A DNA stretch of 64,000 nucleotides from contig CAVYET010000019.1 of the NCBI GenBank assembly GCA_963767655.1, positions 346 to 64,345 of the forward strand. The letters run 5' to 3'. This DNA comes from an uncultured Solirubrobacteraceae bacterium (GTDB lineage: Bacteria; Actinomycetota; Thermoleophilia; Solirubrobacterales; Solirubrobacteraceae). Shown here piece after piece: positions 1 through 11,426 of the stretch. Each line of letters begins with the position of its first letter. Position 1 is the first letter of the stretch. The notes beneath the pieces were generated by a model. The model did not search any database. It was not told the DNA's origin and saw only the letters and a list, made by a program, of their open reading frames with translations. The position numbers and the translations under genes were made by a program.

Positions 1-135
1 CGGGGAGGAGTCCACCATCGTGGTGGCGCCTTTCTTCTCATTCATGTGCCACAGGGCGGCCACGAACTCCCGGCTGCGATGCCCGGGGCAAACGCCGCCA
101 CACCGAGCACTGGCAGCCGCGAGAGCGGGCGCCAT
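1..135 (-). CDS. N-terminus of secreted LamG/concanavalin A-like domain protein (runs off left end; frameshifted)
   Basis: Reverse strand reads ...AALWHMNEKKGATTMVDSSP, matching ALWHMDEAAGATLMVDFSG of the neighbouring gene; ATG at 135. Confidence 0.6.
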   Translation of the reverse strand, partial: MAPALAAASARCGGVCPGHRSREFVAALWHMNEKKGATTMVDSSP

Positions 136-418
136 GACTACCCGGCGAACGAATCTGGACATTCCTTAGCTCCCCACTGCGCTTTCCCGCCCTGCGCTTT
201 CCCGCTCTGCGCCAGCAGCTTCTGTACCAGCCAGACCGGGGGGAGCGTACCAACGAGCGCGGGCCCGGGCCTGCCGATCCGACCGATTGGTACCGCGCCT
301 TTATCAAAGATCCTTTTGGGGTGCGCGTGACCGGCTAAGACATGCACACAGGCCCCGGCGGCAGACGCAGCCGGGGCCCGTGCATCAGCGCATGGTTTTC
401 ACACGCGGTCTGGGGTTG

Positions 419-1112
419 TCAGCCAACGGTGATCGACACCTCGTCGAGCTTGCCCTTGTACCAGTCGCTGCCCGGGTGGGCCCCGATTTCCACCGCGGAG
501 TGGTATTCGTGATAGAGCCGACCAGGGCTTTGGTGGAGCTGGCCACCACCTTGCCGCCGAGCTCTCAGTCTTTTTCCCCGGTGGAGTCTGGCTATGCAGT
601 TGATGTGGGTGCCATGCGCCATTGGGCGAGGCCCGAGCCACCGGTGGAGCCACGACATGGGCCGAGGCGCCGAGGAACTCACAATTGATGGATCCCGCCC
701 TGCAGCAAACTCGACCTTGTACTCCTGCCCGGGGTAATCCCCCTTGCGCACCAGGTCGTAAGTCGCCCGAGGTGGGCAGGACGTAGTGTTGAACCAGACC
801 GAGATGTTGATCTTGGCGGTGCCCGGGTTCAGCGTTGGTGAGTCCGGCACCTCCACGTAGGACTGTACCTTCGAGCCGCCGAAACTGTAGGCGGTACGAC
901 CTTGCCAGCACGCCGGCCGTCACGTTGTGCAGCGTCCCGGTGTTGTCGTGCCCGGAGAAGTCCACCATAAGGGTGGCGCCCGCGGCCTCGTCCATGTGCC
1001 ATAGCGCGTTGACGGTGCTCGCGGCCGCCACGCCCGGGGTCAGCGCCACCACAGCGACAGGGCCGCCCCCGAAACAGGCGCCACAAGTGCTCCGGCGAAC
1101 CAATCTGGACAT
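419..1112 (-). CDS. Secreted LamG-like jellyroll domain protein (frameshifted)
   Basis: Signal-like N-terminus, ALWHMDEAAGATLMVDFSGHDNTG, ISVWFNT, C-terminal IGAHPGSDWYKGKLDEVSI; spread over ORFs 399..1244 and 419..856. Confidence 0.7.
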
Positions 1113-1506
1113 CGTTTGGCTCCTAACTGCCCCTTCTCCGCTCGGCCAGCAAGATTCCGTAGGCTGCGCCAGCGAGCTTCCGTACCGGCCATGACCGGGC
1201 GAGCCTACCAATGTGGACGGGCCAGACCCGCCGAACCCCCGCATTGGTGCCGCAGCGAGACTTTAGCCCCTGGTTACCCCGCGTTTGCCGCGGACCCGGC
1301 GCGCCGGCGTGACGGGACGAGAACGTCCCATCGAGGTCTGGTGATCACTGCGAGTCGGCAAAGCGCGGCGGCGCGCACAGCGGCTTACCTTATTATGTGC
1401 CGAGATGCGAAGCGGGGCTTCCCGTGTCACCGGCGGAGCTTCCCATGCTGCGGATGCAGTTTCACGAGAATGTCACCCGCCGGGATCCATGGGAGGACGG
1501 CAGAGC

Positions 1507-2504
1507 ATGACAGCCTCACGGGGCCGCAGAGCCCTCCTGGCCGGTGCCATGGTCCTGGCCCTTGCGGCTGTCGCCGGGATCGTGGCGGTGGTCACCGGCT
1601 CGCACGGGCCGGGCACGACGTTCACCGGCGGCGCCGTCGATCCCTCCACGGTCCCGGTCCCGCTGATGCACGGTGCCTACTTCGGTGCCCGGGTCCGGCC
1701 TCGCTCTTCGTCACCCAACCCGCCGAAATCGCCGCCGTCCACAGCCTGCAGGGGCAGATCGGGCGGCGGCTCGACATCGTGCACGTCTACGCCGAGTGGC
1801 AGGAGCCCTTCCCGACGAGCAGCGACCTGGCCTTCGTGCGGCAGGGAAGCCTGCTGCTCCTGTCGTGGTCCGGGGCCGATACCCGGGCCATCGCCTCCGG
1901 CACCTACGACAACTGGATCCGGCAGCGCGCGCTCGCCATCAAGGCCGTCGGCAAGCGGATCTTCCTCGAGTGGCGCTGGGAGATGGATCGTCCCGGGCTG
2001 AGCGCACAGGTTCACTCCCCGGCTGACTACATCGCTGCCTGGGATCACATCAGGTCCATCTTTGCCCAGGAGCACGTTGACAACGTCGCCTGGCCCGCGT
2101 GCTCGACCGCCCGCGGGTTCGCCACCGGCACCGCCGCTGCTGCCTACTACCCGGGTGACAACGAGGTCAACTGGGTCTGCGCCGACGCCTACCCCGGGCC
2201 CGGGCCCTACCGCTCGTTCGCAGCCATCGTGCAGCCGTTCCTGGACTGGGCGTCCCATCACCGCAAGCCAATCATGATCGGCGAGTATGGCGTGCCTTAT
2301 ACCTACGGGCCGCAGCAGCGGGCGCAGTGGCTCTGGGACGCCGCCCGGACCGTGCGGGACCACACACAGATCAAGGCGCTCGTCTACTTCGACGCCAATG
2401 CGCAGCACGCCTACGCGCTGACCGCTGGCTCGCCCGCGCTGCAAGCGTTCCGCAACATCGCCCACGTCCCTTACTTCAACCCGATCGGTCTCCCTGCGCC
2501 GTGA
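1507..2504 (+). CDS. Glycoside hydrolase family 26 (beta-mannanase-like), membrane-anchored or secreted (one frameshift)
   Basis: N-terminal hydrophobic helix; IFLEWRWEMD acid/base motif, YYPGDNEVNWVCADAY, KPIMIGEYG nucleophile motif. Confidence 0.8.
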
Positions 2505-2652
2505 CCAGTGGGGCCCGTGTGAGGCACCGCAGCGGCAGGGGCCCCGGTTCAAGGTCCGTACACCACTCCCGTGAACTGACGCTATGCTCAGACTCTCGCG
2601 GCTCGCCCCGAGAGGCTGCGAGACTAACTTCCCGAGGTAGCGAGGGGAAATC

Positions 2653-3350
2653 GTGCTTCCTGAAGGGTTGCTGGACGCCCGCTCGATCGTGGCGGCCATC
2701 GATGAGGCGCTCGACGAGAACGTGATCGTCACCGGGGCACTGCCTCCTCAGGGCCGTGATCTGGATTTCCTGGTCAGCGACGAGCAGGCGCGCCGGTTGC
2801 CCGGGATACTGGCGGCACACGGCTTCCTGCCGAGGGGCCGGGACGTGGCCCCGCACAGGTCGGCGGGCCAGCAGTGGGTCAAGATCGAAGGCTGCTCGGC
2901 CCTGGCCGTCGATCTCAATCCCATGCGGCGCTGGGGCCTGCCTCCCGCGGAGGAGCACGCCCTGGTGGCGGACGCGGTGCCCATGGCGGGCTTCGATCAT
3001 CTTGTCCGCCCGTCGGCTCACCACACCATCCTGATCATGGCCCGTCGCCTTGCCACCGGGGCCTTGTCGGCCCGCCGCCTGGGCAAGCTCGCGGCGGCCA
3101 TCGAGGAGGATCCACTCGCCTGGAAGCGGGCGGAGGAGCGGGCCAGGGCCTGGGGGGTGCAGGCCGCCCTGCTGCTGCTCCGGAGGGTGCACGAAGGCGG
3201 CCCTGAGCTTGGCCCGCGCGGAACGGGCGAAGGCGCTGCTGGAAGTGACCCGGGCCGCGGGCTTGCCCGGTGCGGCGTCACGGGCCGCGGGCAAGCTGTC
3301 GGCCGTGATGCCGCGGCGGCCCAGGGTGGTCAGCTTCTCCGGCCTGGATC
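2653..3350 (+). pseudogene. Nucleotidyltransferase-like protein, apparently truncated at the start of a thymidylate-kinase-like P-loop
   Basis: GRDLDFLV motif near N-terminus; after a frameshift reads RPRVVSFSGLD, then loses similarity where GxGKS/T is expected. Confidence 0.5.
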
Positions 3351-3760
3351 TCTTCGATCGCCGCGCCGATCAGTTCCCATCCGCGTGTGGCGAGACCGTC
3401 GAAGCTGCGGAACTGTCCGGCGAACTGCGACGCCGGGCCAGTCAGCGAGGCCGCTTGCGCTTCGTCGAATAGCTGCGGCTGGGAGATGCTCGCGGCGGCG
3501 CGCCCGGCGGCGGCGACCGAAGGCAGGGCGCCCGCGGGGGTCTGCGCAGGCAGGCCGTTGGCGATCAGCGGCCATGCTCTCTTCGCGGCCGCCACCTCTC
3601 GTGCGACCGGTGTCCGCAGGCTCAGCAGCGAACGGCTCACCGCGACCAGGTCTTCGCGCTGCAGGCGAAGTTCTGCCGGACTCGACGTCGTTTGGGCGCC
3701 GCCACAGCCCGTCGCTATCAGCGCGATGCTCAGCAGGAGCAGCCGGGCGCGGAGGCACAC
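3347..3760 (-). CDS. Lipoprotein of unknown function, probably truncated at ~3350
   Basis: Lipobox LIATGC after RARLLLLSIA; ORF continues to 3278 only as antisense of the upstream gene. Confidence 0.6.
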
Positions 3761-3809
3761 GACTTCACCGACGGCGGGCGCGGCTGTGCGGAATGCTCTC
3801 GTGCGAACC

Positions 3810-4379
3810 CTACGTGCCCAGCAGGTCGATCATGAACACGAGCGTTTCGTTCGGCGGGATCTTCGGCGGTGAGCCTTTCGCTCCATAGGCTTCCGCGGGC
3901 GGGATGATGAGCTCGCGTCGTCCTCCCACCTTCATTCCGGGAACGCCCTTTTCCCAGCCGGGAATGACCTGTCCCTGGCCGAGGGCGAAGCTGAACGGTT
4001 CTTTGCGTTTCCACGACGCGTCGAACACCGTGCCGTTGGAGTACAGCGCACCGACGTAGTTGACCGTGACCGTGTTGCCGGCCTTGGCTTCGGCGCCGGT
4101 CCCCGTGATGACTTCCTTGGTTACGAGTTTGCTCGGCGGCGGGCCCGTGGGCACCGTCACTTTCGGCTCCGTGGCAAGCGGTCCGCTCGTGGGCGTCGTC
4201 GGAGTCGGAGCTTCGCTGGACTTGGCGAGCTTTTCGGCGGCCGTGTCCTCCTGGCCGACGCCGATCGAGCTGCTCGAGCTGCTCGAGCCGCAGCCGGCGA
4301 TCAGGCTCGCGGCGGCGAGCGTCACGAGGATGGCGCCGCCACGCGCGCGCAGGGTGTGTGGGTCTTTGCGGTAGCTCAC
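3810..4379 (-). CDS. FKBP-type peptidyl-prolyl cis-trans isomerase (lipoprotein)
   Basis: LIAGC lipobox; VTVNYVG..VFDASW..VIPGWEKGVPGMKVGGRRELIIPPAEAYG..IPPNETLVF. Confidence 0.95.
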   Translation of the reverse strand: MSYRKDPHTLRARGGAILVTLAAASLIAGCGSSSSSSSIGVGQEDTAAEKLAKSSEAPTPTTPTSGPLATEPKVTVPTGPPPSKLVTKEVITGTGAEAKAGNTVTVNYVGALYSNGTVFDASWKRKEPFSFALGQGQVIPGWEKGVPGMKVGGRRELIIPPAEAYGAKGSPPKIPPNETLVFMIDLLGT

Positions 4380-4389
4380 GAGCGGGCAG

Positions 4390-4411
4390 CCTAACGGAAC
4401 TCCGTTAGGAT
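4390..4411. promoter_or_regulatory. Perfect 9-bp inverted repeat overlapping putative -10 (TAGGAT) of the SRP RNA gene
   Basis: CCTAACGGA-AC-TCCGTTAGG at 4390-4409; TAGGAT 4406-4411 is 7 nt before the RNA 5' end. Confidence 0.5.
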
Positions 4412-4418
4412 CGTAGGC

Positions 4419-4693
4419 GGACCGTGCTAGGCGGGGAGGTAGCGGTGCCCTGAATCCGCAATCCGCTCTAGCGGAGCTGAACTCCCCTTCTAGGGGTTTT
4501 CCGCTCCGGTCGCCCCGTCGTTGGGAGCGTCGATGGTTTCGGGTCCCGCGCGGTGCCGGCTTACGAATCAGGTCAGGTCCGGAAGGAAGCAGCCTTAAGT
4601 GATCCCCGGCAGGCGCAGCGGGAGCTCCCGGACCGGAGTGATCAGCGACGATCGGCGTCCGGCGGCGGAGCCTCGACGAGGGGTGCACGGTCC
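4419..4693 (+). ncRNA. ffs: Signal recognition particle RNA, large (Alu-domain) bacterial type
   Basis: Helix-8 signature GTCAGGTCCGGAAGGAAGCAGC; terminal helix GGACCGTGC/GCACGGTCC; Alu-like GGGGAGGTAGCGGTGCCCTG; ~275 nt; near dnaX. Confidence 0.92.
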
Positions 4694-4695
4694 GT

Positions 4696-6297
4696 CTAGC
4701 CGGCGCAGCGCCGGAAGATGAGCCACGAGCGGTTGGCGCGAACCTCGGCGAAGCCCGGCGGCACGCTGACCGGTAGATGCGGATCGCGGGGGTCGAGCAC
4801 ATAATCCTGTTCGACTTCCGTGTTCGCCGGGTCCAGATAGGTCCCCGAGGAGATCGGCTTGACCTGGGCGCTGAGGACATTCTCAGGGCTCGTCTTCAGA
4901 TACAGCGCGAGCAGGGGGATGGGCGCGTGGTTGGGTACGCCGACCCTCCCGCAGCGCAGCGTGATCGCCCCGTCGTCGACGAGCGCGAGCAGGTCGCCTT
5001 CGATGCTCTGCTGGCGGGCCAGTTTGTTCAGTTCGCGGTGCGCGGAGCGATACTGGGAGGGGGCGAAGGCGAGGAGCGCCGCCAGGACGAGCACGCCGGC
5101 GGCCATCCACCAGCGCCGCCGCGGGTCCTCGCTCTGCAGGCGCGTCCAGCCAAAGGCGCCCGCGCCGCAGAAGATGCACAGGATGGCCGCCGCCAGAAAG
5201 GCGTAGCGCGTGTCGATCGGCAGCCCGGCGGCGGCGAACACGGCGAACACCGCCACGGCGAGCACGCCGGCCGCCGCTCCCACCAGCGCGCGGCGGCGCA
5301 GCCACAGCAGCGACAGCACGCCCCCGATCGCCGCTCCGGCGAGCACGGGCGGGCGCAGGATCTCGCCGATTCGCCGCGGTATGTACTCCGGGACGTTGCA
5401 CGATGCCGCTGATGCGACCGAGCTGTTCGGCGGTGTGGCGGGTGTTCGTAAGCGACCACAGCGGCTCGCCGGTGATGATCAGGTCGCTGAGCACCCATAC
5501 CAGCGGCGCCGCCAGCGCCAGCAGCGTCAGCGTCGCCAACCCCCTTCGGTCCTCACGCCACGACGCCTTTAGGCCGCGGCCGAACCGCCCAGCGGGGGCC
5601 GACCCAGCGGGAGCCGAACCAGCGGGAGCCGAACCAGCGGGAGCCGACGCAGCGGGGGCCGACCCGGCGGGGGCCGACCCGGCGGGGGCCCGCACACGCT
5701 CGCGCAGGCGCGCCGGCAGGGGGATCAGGTCGATCATGTAGAGCCAGTAGAGCGCCGAGAACGCCCATGCCTCGGGGCGCAGCAGGCCGGCCAGCGCGAG
5801 CAGCACGAGCACCGGCGCACCGGCGCGGGGGCGGCGGGACTCGACCAGCAGGGCGCCGAGCACGAGCAGCAGGTAGGGCACGTCCACGTAGGCGCGCACG
5901 CCGTAGGAGAGGATCGGCACGCGCGTGAGCAGGATCAGCGCGGCCAGGGCGCCGGCGGCGCGCCCGAACCAGGCTGCGCCCAGCCGGTAGACGACCCACC
6001 CGCACGCCGACAGCGCGAGGAAGCCGAGCGCCACCGTCACGTTCTCGACGGCGCGCGGCCCGAGCGGGTAGAGCACCATCCCGAGAACCTCGATCAGCGG
6101 GATGGGGCGTGGGCGCGATCGGCACCCCGTAGGCCGGGACCACGCCGCGTGCGAGCTGGCCCCCCCAGGCGAGCGCATAGAGGGTGTCGTAGTTGGCGAA
6201 GCCCACGCCGCTGATCACGCGCAGCAGCACGGCGCCGGCGATGATCACGAGCAGAGCGCTCAGCCACCGCCGGGATGCCCTTGATCGAGGTTCTCAC
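4696..6297 (-). CDS. Polytopic membrane protein, GT-C/PMT-like glycosyltransferase (frameshifted)
   Basis: NYDTLYALAWG, PTPHP, RAYVDVPY, LAGLLRPEAW motifs and many TM helices across ORFs 5553..6248, 4883..6178, 4696..5346. Confidence 0.65.
5590..5690. repeat. In-frame 15-bp tandem repeat (APAGS x ~7)
   Basis: Imperfect units such as AGCGGGAGCCGAACC; translation APAGSAPAGSAPAASAPAGS... Confidence 0.85.
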
Positions 6298-6369
6298 GAG
6301 CGGGCACGGTATCCGCTCGCGCCGGAGCCCGGTGGCGCGCCTGTCGCCGTGGGTAGACTCAGCCCGACG

Positions 6370-8129
6370 GTGTCGCCAGAGTTGAAAGCCACGAGCAGCA
6401 GCGGTCGCTGTACCGCAGGCATCGCCCGCGCACGTTCGCCGAGGTCGTCGGCCAGGAGCCGGTCGTGCGCACGCTGCGCAACGCGGTCGAGCGCGGCAAG
6501 GTGCACCACGCCTACCTGTTCGTGGGCTCGCGCGGCACGGGCAAGACCTCGACGGCGAAGATCCTGGCGGCGTGCCTGAACTGCGAGCGGGGGCCGACGA
6601 GCGAGCCGTGCGGGGAATGCGAGTCGTGCCTGTCGATCGCGCGCGCGAGCTCGCTCGACGTGATCGAGATGGACGCGGCGTCGAACAACTCCGTGGAGGA
6701 CATCCGCGAGCTGCGCGAAGGGCGTCGCCTACGCGCCGGTGTCGGGGCGGCGCAAGGTGTACATCCTCGACGAGGCCCACATGCTCTCCACGGCCGCCTG
6801 GAACGCGTTCCTGAAGACGCTCGAGGAGCCCCCGCCGAACACGGTGTTCGTGCTGGCGACGACCGAGGCGCAGAAGGTTCCGGCGACGGTCGTCGACCGC
6901 TGCCACCGCTTCGACTTCCACCGCCCGACGGTCGAGCAGATCGCGAGCGTCGTGCGGCGCACGGCGCAGGCCGAGTCGATCGAGATCCCGCCCGCGGCCG
7001 TCGCCGCGCTGGCCCGCTCGGCGACGGGCAGCTTCCGCGACGCGCTGGGGACGCTCGAGCAGCTCGTCACCTACAGCGGCCCGCAGATCGCGCTCGAGGA
7101 TGTGCTCGCGGTGCTCGGCGTCGCCGATGCCGGCCTGCTCGAAGAGACCGTCGACGCGGTCGCGGCGGGCGACGCCCGGCGCGCGCTCTGAAGACGCTCT
7201 CCTCCTACGTCGAGCAGGGGCGCGACGCGGGCGCGTTCGCCTCGGACCTGGAGGTGCGCGCACGCGAGCTGCTCGTGGTGCAGAGCCTCGGTGAAGTGCC
7301 GGCCGAGCTGTCGCTCACGCCCGAGGCCGACGCCGCGCTGCGGGCGCAGGCCGAGCGCGTGGAGCACGCCGTGGTCGTGCGGCTGCTGGAGCTGCTCGGC
7401 GAGGCGATGGAGGGCGTGCGCGCGGGCGCTGACCCGCGCACCCGCCTGGAGCTCGCGCTCGTGAAGGCCGCCAAGCCCGAGGTCGATGGCTCGACTGCGG
7501 GCGCTGCTCGCGCGGATCGAGCGGCTGGAGGGCGGGGCGAGCCCCGCGAGACCGTCGCGCGCGCCCGGCGCCGGATCCGGGCGCGAGCGTCGACCGCGCG
7601 ATCGCGGCGAGGCGCCGGAGCGCCGAGCGCCCGGCGAGCTCCGCCGCCGGACGCGCCCCGGCCGCAGCCCCGACCGCCGGCCCAGCGCCGCCGAGCCGAC
7701 GCGGCGCAGGCCGCTGGCGCGGCGGACGTGCGAGTCGATCATGCGAGCTGTGGCCGGCGGTGGTCGAGCTCGTGGGCAGCCGAGCACGCGCTGTGCGGGG
7801 CGGTGATCACCGACGCCAGGCCGGTGTCGGTGTCGGGCGAGCGATCTGATCGTGGGCTTTCCGACGACGGCGGCGTTCCTGAAGAGGAAGGCCGAGGACC
7901 CGGCCAACCGGGCGATCGTGACCGACGCGCTGCGCCAGCTCACGGGCGGGCGCTGGCGGCTGTCCTATGAGCTGCGCGAGGAGCTCGAGGACGCGGACGG
8001 GCGGGCTCCGGGTCCGACGCTACACCGAGGAGGAGTGGGTCGCGCGCTTCAAGGAGGAGCTCGACGCCGAGGAGATTCCCCGTCGAGCCCGAGTCGGTGC
8101 CCGCCGAGAGCGCGCAGAAAGGCGAGTGA
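6370..8129 (+). CDS. dnaX: DNA polymerase III subunit gamma/tau (multiple frameshifts)
   Basis: SLYRRHRPRTFAEVVGQE, GSRGTGKTS, zinc motif, DVIEMDAASN, KVYILDEAHML, NAFLKTLEEPP. Confidence 0.95.
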
Positions 8130-8135
8130 GCGACG

Positions 8136-8486
8136 ATGCCCAAGCAGCCGCGGGTGCCGAACATGCAGCAGATGCTCCAGCAGGTGCAGAAGATGCAGCA
8201 GGACATGGAGGCGGCCCAGGAGGAGCTCAAGAGCGAGGTCGTCGAAGCCTCCGCCGGTGGCGGCATGGTGACCGTGCGGGTCGGCGGCGACCTCGAGGTC
8301 AAGGCGTGAAGATCGACCCCTCGGCGGTCGATCCCGAGGACGTGGAGATCCTCGCCGACATGGTGCTCGCGGCCGTCAACGAGGCGCTGCGCATGGCCCA
8401 GGAGCTGGTCGGCCCGCAAGATGGGCGGCGCCACCGGCGGCATGGACCTGGGCGGCCTCGGCGGGCTGGGCCTGCCGGGCCTGTGA
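8136..8486 (+). CDS. ybaB: YbaB/EbfC nucleoid-associated protein (frameshifted)
   Basis: [42 protein letters not shown]; between dnaX and recR. Confidence 0.93.
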
Positions 8487-9106
8487 GCACCTCCTACTCT
8501 CCGCCCGTGCAGACGCTCGTGACCGAGCTGTCGAGGCTGCCCGGCGTCGGCAACCGCACCGCCCAGCGCCTGGCGTTTCACATCCTGCGCGCCTCCGCCG
8601 AGGACGCCGCCGCGCTGGCGGAGGCGATCCGCGAGGTCAAGGAGAAGATCGGGCTGTGCGAGGTGTGCTTCAACCTCACCGACGAGACGCGCTGCCGCAT
8701 CTGCCAGGACCCCCGCCGCGACCACGGGCTGATCTGCGTGGTGGAGGAGCCCAGCGACGTGATCCCGATGGAGCGCACGCACGAGTACCACGGCGTCTAC
8801 CACGTGCTCGGCGGAGCGCTCTCGCCGATCGACGGCATCGACCCCGAGGACCTGAAGATCGCCGAGCTGTTCGCCCGCGTCGGCGCCTCCGGAGGGGAGC
8901 TCGCCGGTGCAGCGAGATCGTGCTGGCCACGAACCCCACGACCACCGGCGAGGCCACCGCGCTGCACATCGCCGAGGAGCTGCGCGCCCGCGCGCCCGGG
9001 CTCACGGTCACGCGCCTGGCCAGCGGCCTGCCGGTGGGCTCGGATCTGGAGTACGCCGACGAGGTGACGCTCGGCAAGGCCTTCGCCGGGCGCCGGCCGT
9101 GCCTGA
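8483..9106 (+). CDS. recR: Recombination mediator RecR (frameshifted)
   Basis: [57 protein letters not shown]. Confidence 0.96.
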
Positions 9107-9143
9107 GGCGACCGCTCGCCGCGACAATATCCTGCTGCGTCGC

Positions 9144-10440
9144 ATGCCAGACCTCGTGGTGATGAAGTTCGGCGGCACCTCGGTCGCCGACGCCGAGCGC
9201 ATCAAGCGCGCGGCGCGGCGCATCGTGGACAAGCGCGAACAGGGCTGCCGCGTGGTCGCGGTGCTGTCCGCGCGGGGCAAGACGACCGACGAGCTGATCG
9301 CGATGGCCGAGGAGGTCTCCGACGCAGCCCGACCCGCGCGAGATGGACATGCTGCTGTCCTCCGGCGAGCGCATCTCCTGCGCGCTGTGCGCGATGGCGA
9401 TCAACGACCTCGGCCACCGCGCGATCTCGCTGACGGGCTCGCAGGCGGGGATCGTGACCGACGAGTCGCACACCAAGGCGCTCATCCTCGACGTGCGCGC
9501 CGATCGCATCCGCGCGGCCCTCGAGGAGGACAGCATCGTGCTCGTGGCCGGCTTTCAGGGCGTCTCCACCAGCGCGCAGCGACGTGACCACGCTCGGGCG
9601 CGGCGGCTCGGACACGAGCGCGGTCGCGCGTCGCCGCGGCGCTCGGCGCCGAGGTGTGCGAAATCTACACCGACGTCGCGGGCGTCTACACGGCCGACCC
9701 GCGCATCGTGCCGGACGCGCGCAAGCTCGACGACGGTCTCCTTCGAGGAGATGCTCGAGATGGCGGCCTCCGGGGCCGGGCGTGCTGCAGCTGCGCTCGG
9801 TCGAGTACGCCCGCAACCACGGCGTGCGCATCCACTGCCGCTCCTCGTTCGAGGACTCGCCCGGTACGGTTGTGCTCGCGGAAGGAGAGACGCCATGGAG
9901 CAGCCCCTGATCACAGCCGTCACCCACTCGACCGCCGAGGCGCGGATCACGCTCGTCGGCGTGCCCGACGAGCCGGGCGCGGCCGCGCGCATCTTCGAGG
10001 CGCTCGCCGAGGCGAACGTGAACGTCGACATGATCGTCCAGAACGAGCCCGCCTCGGCCGGCGGGCTGGCGGAGATCTCCTTCACGGTCCCGCGCGAGGA
10101 CCTGCGCGCCGCGCGCGCGGCGCTCGAGCCGCTGCAGGGCGAGGCGTTCGCGCGATCTGACCGCCCACGAGGAGATGGGCAAGGTCTCGATCGTCGGCGC
10201 CGGCATGCGCTCGCACCCCGGCGTCGCGGCGAAGGTGTTCGGCGTGCTCGCCGAGCGAGGGCGTGAACATCGACATGATCTCCACCTCGCCGATCAAGAT
10301 CTCCTGCGTGATCGCCCGCGACCGCGTCGAGCGCGCCGTGCAGGCTCCTGCACAGCGCCTTCGAGCTCTCCGGCCCGGGCACGAGTCCGAGGAGGAGCCG
10401 TTCAGAGGTCCCGCCAGAGCGCCGCCCGGCCCGTCGAGCC
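9144..10440 (+). CDS. ask: Aspartate kinase (frameshifted; 3' end approximate)
   Basis: [43 protein letters not shown], two ACT domains. Confidence 0.93.
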
Positions 10441-11426
10441 TCGAGCGAGCGCTGCAGCCGCTCGAGCACCCGCACGACGCGCAGCCCGCTGTCGCCGTCC
10501 GAGCGCGGCGTGGCGCCGGTGCGGATGCACTCGACGAAGTGCTCGCACTCGATCCGCAGCGGCTCTGAGTTGGGGATGCGCGGGGAGAACATGTCGCCGG
10601 AGCGGGCGATGTACTCCCCCCAGGAGCGCGAGTCCTCGTCGAAGCCCTTGTCGTAGATCGTCAGCTTGCCCTCGATCAGCATGTCGTCGAACGTGGCCAT
10701 CCGCCGGGCGCCGACGACGGTGAGACGGCGCTCCTTGTGCGGATCGAGCCAGGAGAGATGCAGGTGGGCGACGATGCCCGAGGGGAAGCGCAGGTAGCAG
10801 AAGACGACGTCCTGCACGCCCTCGCGCACGTAGGAGGCGCCGTGGGCGAGGCACTCCTAGGGCTCCTCGCCGATCAGGTGCAGGACGACCGAGACGTCGT
10901 GCGCGCCGAGGCTCCACAGCGCGTTCTCGTCTCCTCTCAGCCGCCCAGGTTCAGGCGGTTGCCGTACAGGTAGTACAGCGTGCCGAGCTCGCCCGCGTCG
11001 ATCAGCTCCTTCAGCCGCTCCACCGCCGGGTGGTACTCGAGCAGGTGGCCGACCATCAGCATCCTCCCGGCGCCGGCGTGCGGCCTGCACCGCGCGTTCG
11101 GCGTCGGCGGCGGTCGTGGCGAGCGGCTTCTCGACGAAGCAGTGCTTGCCCGCCTGCGCCACCCGGATCGCGAGCTCGGCGTGGGTGGGCACGGGGGTGG
11201 CGAGCACGACCGCGTCGAGCTCCTCGTCGCCGAGCAGCTCTGAGAGCTCGCCCGTCGCCCGCGCGCCGGGAAAGCTGCGCGCGAGCTTCTCGCGCGCCTC
11301 GGCCCGCGGGTCGCAGAGCCAGCGAAGCTCACAGCCCGGGATCGCGTCGAGGTTGCGGGCGAGGTTCGGGCCCCAGTAGCCGAGCCCGACGACGCCCACG
11401 CGCACCGGCTGCTCGCGCTCGCTCAT
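10402..11426 (-). CDS. Gfo/Idh/MocA family oxidoreductase (nucleotide-sugar dehydrogenase-like; frameshifted)
   Basis: VGVVGLGYWGPNLARN, HCFVEKP, LWSLGAHD, HLSWLDPHKER. Confidence 0.9.

Noticed and set aside
177-210. Short direct repeat CTGCGCTTTCCCGC x2 between LamG-like genes
   Set aside because: Two copies only, with no supporting context
6370-8129. Programmed ribosomal frameshift in dnaX (gamma/tau)
   Set aside because: Several frame breaks fall inside the conserved ATPase domain, no A6G slippery site was seen, and neighbouring genes have the same indel pattern
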